From Octopus vulgaris (taxonomy: Eukaryota): a stretch of 64,000 bases of DNA. The translations under genes were made by a program, and so were the position numbers. The notes beneath the pieces are model-generated. The model was given only the letters and a program-made list of their open reading frames with translations. It searched no databases and was not told the DNA's origin. The stretch covers positions 73,966,001 to 74,030,000 of the forward strand of contig OX597821.1 of NCBI GenBank assembly GCA_951406725.2. Reading direction: 5' to 3'. Shown here piece by piece: positions 53,414 to 64,000 of this stretch (position 1 is the stretch's first letter; each line of letters opens with the position of its first letter).

Positions 53414-54971
53414 TAAAAACAAACAAGATGAGGACAAATATCCGTCAAATGTAAATAATGTAAAATAAGTACCAGTTGAACACTAGGCTCGTTATAATCG
53501 ACTTGTTTTCCCACCTCCTCAAAATTGCTGACCTTGTGCCAAAATGCTATGGGAAATAACAGTGTATGAGTCATTGTGACAGCGTTGACGTTTCACCGCT
53601 ACCATTACCCTCCCTTTAAGTATAAGCTTCAAAGCTGAGTCAACGGAGAGGATTTCCAACTTGATGAAATCTGCAAGAGGTTTAAATGCACAAATCTCTG
53701 ATACCCAAGCGGCTACAAAGTTTCAGCAGAAGGGCACCCAGGTGTCATGACCTCTATAGAGCAAGGTCCCATTAGAGTGTAAGAAGTTAAGGGCGAAAGC
53801 ACGTGCCTGGGGAGAGAGGTGTTACCAGAAGATCTCTTCGACTCTCTTGAGTTTTTTTTTTTACCAGATTATTTGAAATCGGTAGAGCTGGACAAAAAAA
53901 GGGCAATAAATACGCCGCGTATTTTTCAAAATATCACCACATGAGATAAACAAACATGTAGGTTACTTCTGTGAAAATCAGTCAATAAAGTAGTCTATAT
54001 TTCGCCGCTCCAGCAATTAATTAGAGATAAAAGCGACATATGGCTAAGAATAGGAGAGCAGCGAATTTTGTTGAACTGGTGTCACATTTCAAAGATCGAT
54101 AACCAATTAAACAACTAAAAGCCAGCTGTAGGGTAACAGAAATAAATAGGGACTGCCGACATCATTAAACTATTCTTACTTTAAATTTCTTGTCGCTTGC
54201 CCTTGTCAAATGTTTTGTAAAATTTGTCGAAGTATAGAGAGGACCAAAATGATCTGACACATTTGGAGGCTTAATAAAAGCACAAAATAAAGAAATAAGG
54301 ATATTGAATCCAAAATTCCTCAGAAATGGAAAACACTCGTTTCGTGTGTTTCACCAAATAATTTCTCTTTAATATAGACATCGAACTCGAGATAAATGGA
54401 TTCCTTCCAGTTCTACAGAATTTGCTGATAATATTATAGTAGATTATTCGAAGTATTTTAAGGTATTTCTTGCATAGAAACTGCCAATGTCACATGAGAT
54501 GAGAATCTGTAGAACGCTACTACACTGAGAGGTCGATAAATTATATAATTTAGAGCCCCTCTAATAATGTCCAGTTCATTTAATAAAAATTCTCATTAAG
54601 ATATGCAAAAGTTGATTAACAATCACGAATCTGATGAGTCGTAAGTTATCAGGTCATAGAAGAATCGCTCATTATTTCGCTTTCAATTACTGCATCTAAG
54701 GTAAGAAAGTCTAGTCGAAGTTATTCCGCTTGACATTCTACGTAGGTCAGTTTTTGAACACGGATTTGCAAGCTAACAAACACTCAGCAAGCTTCTAATG
54801 CTCTACAAAAAGCAAAGAGATTTAAAACAGCAATAATATTAAAAGAGTGAGAGAGCTAACTGGAGTAACTTTGATTATTATTTTTCAGGTGCAAGCTAAT
54901 TTAGTTTGCAGCATTTTATCTTGAGGTTTGGCAGCAATAAACCTCCTCAATCTGCGGTTAGAATTGAGATA

Positions 54972-55305
54972 TACAGGGAGGACCAAAATGATCTGACACA
55001 TTTGGAGGCTTTATAAAAGCACAAAATAATGAAATAATGAAGAGAAAAATTTTATTTTCTGAATGTAAATATAATGCCATTTTATTTCATTAAGTTTTAA
55101 AAATTAAATCAGCTAAATGCTTCCCATCATTGTCAACATTCTGTTGGAGACGTTCATGAAAGTTATCGATAACTCTATGGATCATTTCTTCTGGAATAGT
55201 TGCTATTTCTACACAAATTGCACGTTTTAAGTAATCAGTAGATCGAGGGCGATGACTGAATACTTTTGCTTTTAAATATCCCCACAAGAAGAAATCACAT
55301 TTCAC
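54972..55305 (-). mobile_element. Tc1/mariner transposon 3' end (terminal sequence also at ~54233-54295)
   Basis: CDFFLWGYLKAKVF..RPRS..LKRAI..EI..IP..MI.RV..NF..RL..GKH; TA-CAGGG terminus. Confidence 0.85.
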
Positions 55306-55333
55306 CATTCCAGAAGAAATGATCCATAGAGTT

Positions 55334-55379
<46 letters not shown>

Positions 55380-55384
55380 GCATG

Positions 55385-55600
55385 TTGGGGCACCGCCGTG
55401 TTAATCTTGTTACTCTTTTACAACCTCCTTTGTTGTGTGGCATTTGGGGAATGAGGGAATTTGATGTTGCTGTCCTCATCTGCGTTTCCTGACACGAAGT
55501 AAGTTCATCCGGAACTCTTGACAGAAAGAGATAGAACTTTCCTTTTTAAGACACCTACATCCATCCTTTGTGGATCTCTTACACTTTTTGTGTTTATTCT
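55385..55600 (-). mobile_element. Decayed CR1/L2-like 3' end, related to 820-1305
   Basis: Nucleotide similarity, e.g. GATGTTGCTGTCCTCATCTGC..GACAGAAAGAG. Confidence 0.65.
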
Positions 55601-55943
55601 GAAAAGTATTACGCATAACAAAATCTTATAATTACACACACACATATATATACACACTCACACATTGAGTGGCCTACAACAACTTTATAACCGGGATAAT
55701 AAATCCTAAGGTTAGTTTTTCCTGTTTCCCTGTAATGACTTCATAAATTTGCCGAAAATAAATGAAAGTTCGTTACAATGTTTCAAAAGTCTTCCGTTCA
55801 TGTATATCACACAATTGTATCGCACAATTGTATATTAATTTGATTAAAATATGAATGACAGACCGTTGACTGATCTATCTTTATTCACTCAACACTATAA
55901 TCGTTGTTCTTTATACACACACACACAGACACAGACACACACA

Positions 55944-56009
<66 letters not shown>

Positions 56010-56337
56010 ATATAGGATAAAAGTTTTCGGAAAAAATTCTATCAATGGCCAGCATATTAAAAAATACCTTTAAAGGTTAAATTTATAAACAACTTATAAA
56101 CAAGGGCAAAAGAAAAAAATTCTAATGCCAAATATGCCGAAAATATACTTAAATCGTCAATAACTATATAATTCATCACTATAAGCACGTGTCTCGAAGT
56201 AAGTGGGCATATTTGGCATTAGAATTTTTTTCTTTAGCCCTTGTTTAGAAGTTGCATATATATATATATATATATATACATATATATACAGCGGCCTGTC
56301 AACATAGATCTTAGTCCACAGAGTATATACATATACA

Positions 56338-56423
<86 letters not shown>

Positions 56424-56518
56424 ATCCAGTCATGAACAAAGAGAAAACACAACAACGCGAGGATGTGGAACAAGTATAGTGTTATTGGACGCTCAGGAAA
56501 GGAAAGAAAGAAGGACGA

Positions 56519-56551
56519 TTTAACGTTTCGAGCGGAGCTCTTCGTCAGAAA
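56519..56551 (-). ncRNA. Minimal hammerhead, canonical core
   Basis: TTT-CTGACGA-A-GAGC-tcc-GCTC-GAAAC-GTT-AAA. Confidence 0.75.
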
Positions 56552-56619
56552 ATTAGAAAAAGGAAAGGTCCAAGGAAGGAAAGAGGGAGAAAGAAAATCG
56601 CCAACGATACACTCGCGGT

Positions 56620-56661
<42 letters not shown>

Positions 56662-56766
56662 CACACATATTCATACAATGAATACACTGGCAAAAATGCA
56701 CATAGGTTGTTTTTGCTTGTTTTTGTCGACATATGTTAGCATTTTGTTATCTTGTACAAATTTGAA

Positions 56767-57830
56767 GGAGGTGAGCTGGCAGAATCGCTAAGTTGCCGTG
56801 CAAAATGCTTAGCGGCATTTCGTCCGTGTTGACGTTCTAAGTTAAAATTCTGGCGCGGTTGACTTTGCCATTCACCCCTTTCGGAGTCGATTAAATAAGT
56901 ACCAGTTGAGTACTGGGGGGTCGATATAATCAACTTACAATCTGCCCTGAAATTGCTGACCTCATGCCAAAACCTGAAGTCGATATCTCGTACAAATTTG
57001 TCAACTGAAATAATCTACAGTATTATTTCGTCAGGCGGCGAGCTGGCAGAAACGTTAGCACGCTGGGCGAAATGCTTAGCCGTATTTCGTCTGCCGTTAC
57101 GATCTGAGTTCAAATTCCGCCGGTATAGACTTTGCCTTTCATCCTTTTGGGGTCGATAAATTAAGTACCATCTACGCACTGGGGTCGATATAATCAACTT
57201 AATCCATTTGTGTGTCCTTGTTTGTTCCCTCTGTGTTTAGCCCCTTGTGGGTAGTAAAGAAATAGGTATTTCGTCTATCTTTACGTTCTGAGTTCAAATT
57301 CCGCCGAAGTTGACATTGTCTTTCATCCTTTCGGGGTCGATAAATTAAATACCAGTTGCATGCTGGGGTCGACGTCATCGACTGGCCCCTCCTCAAAAAT
57401 TTCGGGCCTTGTGCCTAGAGTAGAAAAGATTATTTTGTCAGGCGGCGAGCTGGCAGAAACGGTAGCACGCCGGGCGAAATGCTTAGCAGCATTTCGTCTG
57501 CCGTTACGTTCTGAGTTCAAATTCCACCGAGGTCGACTTTGCCTTTCATCCTTTCGGGGTCGATAAATTAAGTACCATTTACGTACTGGGGTCGATATAA
57601 TCGACTTAATCCGTTTGTCTGTCCTTGTTTGTCCCCTCAGTGTGTAGTCCCTTGTGGGTAGTAAAGAAATAGGTATTTCATATGTCTTTACGTTCTGAGT
57701 TCAAATTCCGCCGAGGTCGACTTTGCCTTTCATACTTTCGGGGTCGATGAAATAATTACCAGTTACGCAGAGGGTTCGATGTAATCAATTAGCCCCTCGA
57801 AATTTTCAAAGCCTTGTACCTAGAGTAGAA
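56767..57830 (+). mobile_element. SINE family A array: one old monomer plus two tandem dimers
   Basis: Heads at about 57033 and 57440, each followed by the fixed dimer junction. Confidence 0.9.
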
Positions 57831-58559
57831 ATAATATTTCCTCATGTCACAAAGCCATTTTCGCGACACTGTTAAATTTTCTTCTATGTTGTCGATGCTT
57901 ATATATTCTTAAAGGTAAATGCGCTCATATTCCAGACAACAAAATTGGTAACCTTTAAAAATTATTTAAAACTAAATTGTTAAGAAGTCCGACGGGGAAT
58001 GAGAAAATAGGTAAAAATATGAAAAATTTATGTGAGTTCATAAAGTCAATTCGTCAGAAACAATTTCAATTAAAACGTAATAAATATAGACTGGTCTTCA
58101 CAAATAACTATTTATGATGGTCAGTTTGTATGGACAGAATGAAGTCTTGGCTGCAGTTTTCAAATTAAACTACTTAAGAGGAAGACATTTTACTGGTTCT
58201 AATTAATGAGATCTTGTGGAAGAGTGGGTGGTGTTGCGTGACACAATTCGATATGTTGACGGCCACAGTTAAGTGGAAAGAATGTCAGTGGTTTTGAGAA
58301 AGGAAGTGAAGTGGGTGTGTGAGTGTGTGATGGTATGGTAGTGGTGGGTTTTGCAGCGGGAGTGGAGGTGCGGCGGATGAAGTTGAAGTTACATAGACAT
58401 CAATGTCTGTCAGAGGAATTAAAATCTACGTTGTCTGATTGGTTTACATTAGAAACCGACTTCGATTCGCTCCGGAATCTATTAAAATCTATTCCAAAGA
58501 TCTTACATGTCCCATCGTCTCGTTGATAACAATTAGAGAAATAACACAACCACCCACCT

Positions 58560-59075
58560 CGCCAACCAAAGCAGTTGGTGGTGGTGGTGGTAGTGGTGGG
58601 GTGAAGGTAGTGGTTATTGGTGGTGGTGGTGGTGGGGTAAACGTAGTGGTTAATGGTGGCGGCGGGGTTTGTACTGGTGGTGATGGTGACGGTGATAGGG
58701 ACGATGGTACTAGTACTGGAAATGAAGGTTTCGGTGGTGGCGAGGTTGGTGTTTGTAGTGGTAGTAATTGTGGTTGTGGCGGTGAACTGTGATGAAGGTC
58801 ATTCTGATGCTGGAGATGGTAGTGGTGGTGGTGGTGATGACAATGATGATGATGATGATGAGGAGGAGGAGGAGTAGAAGTATGAGGCAGAAAATAATGG
58901 TTGGAGTGATGGTAGTGATGTGAATGATGGTTGCTGCTGATGTTGCTAGTGGTGATAATGATGATGATGGTGGTGAAGGTAAGGACAATGATGGGAGGGT
59001 TGATAATAACGGTAGTGATGATGACAACGAAGATGATGGTGATGATGATGGTGATGATGATGGTGATGATGATTA
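58560..59075. repeat. Degenerate (GGT)n/(GAT)n low-complexity tract
   Basis: Direct reading. Confidence 0.85.
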
Positions 59076-59440
<365 letters not shown>

Positions 59441-59464
59441 ATAATAATAATAATAGTAAAAATG

Positions 59465-59525
<61 letters not shown>

Positions 59526-59769
59526 TGATAATAATAATAATAATAGTAACGATAATAATAATGATGATGATGATGATGATAATTATAATGATGAAACAAC
59601 TCTCAGTCTCTGGGAAGAACAGAACCAAAGCCCGAAAAGCGATATCAGTGACTGTGGAGAGGTATTCCAGTTGGATCTGGTCAAGGGAGGAACGAAAATG
59701 ACTCCTATATCGTTTGAAGGTAATATTTGTGCGTGTTAAGGCGTCGAGCTGGCAGAGTCGTTTGTACGG

Positions 59770-59837
<68 letters not shown>

Positions 59838-60535
59838 ACATTCAGACAGTTAGGTGATACAAGAAAGGGACAACAAAACATCCAAAGATACAAAGACAAC
59901 AAGGACGGGTCATTCAGAGTTTTCGTTTCTCAGTCGAGTTTCAGATTATCTTTGCAATTTCGGCTTGTTATGCTTGAGATTGCTACAATCAGGCCAACCC
60001 CAAGTAAAAACTAAGCAAAGAGCATTAGATTCCTCGGAAAAAGCAGCGAATGTATACCAAAACAAAGACGGAAAAAAACGGAGAAGAATACACAAATATA
60101 AATAGCAGGTGTCTTTCGACTAAGGACGAATAAAATTAAGCTGGCGTGTGTGGAAATATAGCCTTACGGCAGGGATACAAGATTTCACAGGTACAGGGAA
60201 GAATACAGCTGTTGCACGGACAGCGGCCGAACCAAGATAGAAAGTTCAGGATTGGCCGAACACCGGTCAAGTGGGGAGAGAAGAGAGAGAGGCAGAGGCA
60301 GAGGGACAGAAGAAATATGGAGGGGCGAGAAAAATGACAGGGAGACAGTGAAGTGAAAAGAGGAGGGAAGGCAATGAAATGTGAGAGAGGGAGGGAATGA
60401 ACGGAGTAAGCGTGAAAGAACTGATAGAAAGAAGGAAAGAAGGAAAGAATACAGTCGTACAAGATTTAGATAAATATATACTTACATATAAAATACCAAA
60501 GTGTACGTACGCTGCTATATATATACATATATATA

Positions 60536-60575
<40 letters not shown>

Positions 60576-60576
60576 G

Positions 60577-60673
<97 letters not shown>

Positions 60674-61127
60674 ATATAATACAAAATGGGATAAGAACGC
60701 AAAACATCCACATAGTAGTAACATAGCGGGTTCGCAGGCAAAAAGCATTATTTAGCTATAAATTATAAATCAGCACGAACCGTAAGGATATACATATATA
60801 TGTGTATAACTGCTTGTTTGTCTGTCTGTCTATCTGTGTGTCTGTCTGTTTGTCTGTCTGTCCGTTTATCTGTCTGTCTCTCTTTGTATATATATGTATA
60901 TATATGTGTGTGTGTTTGTGTGTGTTTAAGAGAGAATGTGTGCGGGTGTGCGTGCAAACGTGGCTGTGTATTATATACATTTATTTTGTTATTATAAGCT
61001 TACAGCTGTTTCAGATATACATTTTGGATGCATTCATGTTTCAATTTTATCAAACAATTCATCAACTAAAAATATAGGGAACCACCCCTACAATGTGCTA
61101 CCCCTCAGAGCAACCCAATCAACTGCA

Positions 61128-61176
<49 letters not shown>

Positions 61177-61217
61177 TTTATTCTCTAGTTTTAGCTCAGA
61201 GCTGCGGCCATGCTGAT

Positions 61218-61280
<63 letters not shown>

Positions 61281-61455
61281 GATGAGTGTATTTTTGCCTT
61301 TTTAACAATTAACACGGAAAATATAGATAAATAGTTACCAGGGTAGCAAAAAATCACACATGTAAAGAGGTTGTAATTCTTTGTTTTTAAAGGTAGAAAC
61401 TTAGTGTTTACGTGGAATTTTTTGTATAATATATAAATAAATAAATGGAGTTTAA

Positions 61456-61504
<49 letters not shown>

Positions 61505-62009
61505 GCAATTACAATGACTTCATACTTTAAGCTTTATGTAACATGAAACGTATCTGTTAATTTAAAAGCTTGAAACTGTTAGCAGCTAGTTTTGTAATGC
61601 TGAATGTTAAATGATATTTATCTATCGTTTAATCGAGTACTTTTTATCTGTTCATCTTACCTATAATGGAACTGCAAACAATATTCTCAAAATGTCAAAT
61701 CCAAGGGAGATAATCACTCAGAAGATGTCATCTAAGAGTAGCGACCTTTGAGTTATTGTTGTCTTTACGATGTTTTCTGCGAATTCACAAGACTTCTTTG
61801 TGTTTTCATCTCAAATGGAGACGCACATCATTCCTCCATATGATCGGCTTGAAAAATTGTTAAGATATTAATATATTTTTCTTAACATGTAACCAATAGT
61901 AGCTTTAGTACACTAATAATGAAATTCTACCCACCAATGCGGTGTTGAGCAATCTTTTTCGTTGTTCGACATTTACGAATGTATGTATGTATACAATTAT
62001 ATATATTAT

Positions 62010-62180
62010 GCATATTTCTTTATTGCACACAGGGGGTTACACACAGAGAGGACAAACAAGGACAGACAAACGGATTAAGTCGATTATATCGACCCCAGTA
62101 CGTAACTGCTACTTATTTAATCGACCCCGAAAGGATGAAAGGTAAATTTGACATCGGCGGAATTTGAACTCAGAACGTTA
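62010..62180 (-). mobile_element. SINE family A, 5' truncated
   Basis: Sequence match. Confidence 0.8.
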
Positions 62181-62369
62181 CGTATAACACAACTGGTCCG
62201 GATAACGCCCTTTAATACTCAATCCAGAACTATGTTTCGATTCTCGGTTATTTTTGTAGATATATATTTTGTATATATGGGCTGACAAAGCCTCGCAATA
62301 AAACTAATTTACGTGATAGCACGTCGGTACAGTTGTTATACACCGCTGTTTTATTCCAGTGGGATACAG

Positions 62370-62513
<144 letters not shown>

Positions 62514-62538
62514 TGTGTGCGTCGTAATGGTTGTGTGC

Positions 62539-62600
<62 letters not shown>

Positions 62601-62871
62601 ATATATATATACGTGTATATATATATATATGAGTACGTGTATATATATATATATGTGAGTATATATATAAATATATATGTGTGTGTGAGTATATATATAT
62701 ACGGATTGTATGTATATGCGTGTGTGTGTGAAGGATTTCGTAAGATTTCTTGTTATGCAAATACATCGAAATATATTCTCAACTAAAACAGAATAAGCTT
62801 TTCTTTTCTTACTGTCGTTTGATTCAGGTCAAACGTAATTTATGCAGAGAATATGAGAACTTGATAGAAAT

Positions 62872-62951
<80 letters not shown>

Positions 62952-63223
62952 CCTGGGTATGTAGGTTCGGTGGCATAGGTCAACCGTTTTTCTTTTTAGT
63001 TTTGTTAACATATTGCCGTGTAAAATGGAAGATAGAGCAACTCGTTAATAGACACCCAATAATAGGAAAGTTATATTTTTTCAGATACAACGCTGAGTAT
63101 AATTTGATTAATAAAACTTATTGTTTAGAAGGTTTTGCCAATTATTGTTGCGCATTGTAATACATAGATTTTGATTCTGGCGTCTATTCTGTTGCTGTAA
63201 ATTTTGGTCATCTTGCGCACACG

Positions 63224-63299
<76 letters not shown>

Positions 63300-63314
63300 C
63301 GCACACATAAATAT

Positions 63315-63505
63315 TCTTTTATTCTTCTTATTTGTTTCAGTCATTTGACTGCGGCTAGGCTGGAGCACTGCCTTAGATGGTGTTACTCGAAGAAATCAAC
63401 CTCAGGACTTATTCTTTGTAAGCCTAGAGCTTGCCGAACCACCAAATTACGGGGACATAAACACACCTGCATCGGTTGTCAAGCGATAGCGGGGTGGGTG
63501 GGGTG

Positions 63506-63575
<70 letters not shown>

Positions 63576-63770
63576 CTATATCTATATCTATATATCTATA
63601 TCTATATATATATACGACGGGCTTCTTCCAGTTTCCGTCTACCAAATCCCCTCACAAGGCTTTGGTCAGCCCGAAGCTATAGTAGAAGACACTTGCCCAT
63701 GGTGCCACGCAGTGGGGCTGAACTCGGAACCACGTGGTTGAGAAGCAAGCTTATTACCACCCAGCTACAT
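63315..63770 (-). mobile_element. SINE family B
   Basis: Head, internal microsatellite and tail are present. Confidence 0.8.
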
Positions 63771-64000
63771 GTATGTGTGTATGAAATTCTGTACATACAC
63801 CCACACGCACACACGTACACACTTATACATACGTATACATACATATACATACATAGTTATATATATGTATATGCATGTACACACACACACACACATATAT
63901 ATATGTACGGTGAATTCACAAAAAAACAAAACAAAACACTAAGATAGGTGGTGTAGACAGATGTATTAGTTTAACGCTCGGGAAGTGTAAAAGTCTTTAA

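Noticed and set aside
54630-54670. CTGATGAGTCGTAAG resembling a HHR start
   Set aside because: No complementary stem II strand or GAAA-NUH segment.

Overview
AT-rich, microsatellite-saturated eukaryotic DNA, most likely from a coleoid cephalopod such as Octopus (inferred from the tRNA-derived SINE families, not verified). I find no convincing host protein-coding gene, so the window is probably intronic or intergenic. Nearly all ORFs in the track are simple-repeat artefacts. The sequence is a mosaic of several tRNA-derived SINE families (often as fixed dimers or tandem arrays), fossil LINE ends (CR1/L2-like, R4/Dong-like, HERO/R2-like), Penelope-like element (PLE) fragments, non-autonomous Helitrons and decayed DNA transposons (hAT, Tc1/mariner, pogo, piggyBac, Chapaev). 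The main hidden signal is about 19 type-I minimal hammerhead-ribozyme (HHR) motifs read by eye on both strands, from at least a dozen unrelated repeat families. Most have palindromic stem III sequences and many sit between (TA)n arrays. Several carry compensatory changes of the catalytic C3-G8 pair (U3-A8 four times, G3-C8 once) or a recurrent U4C core. Some occur as 344-360 nt partial tandems typical of retrozymes or PLE pseudo-LTRs. One family fuses a tRNA-Ser-like Pol III head to a HHR downstream of a GIY-YIG ORF. All folds were assigned manually and no activity is demonstrated. Coordinates of decayed elements are approximate.
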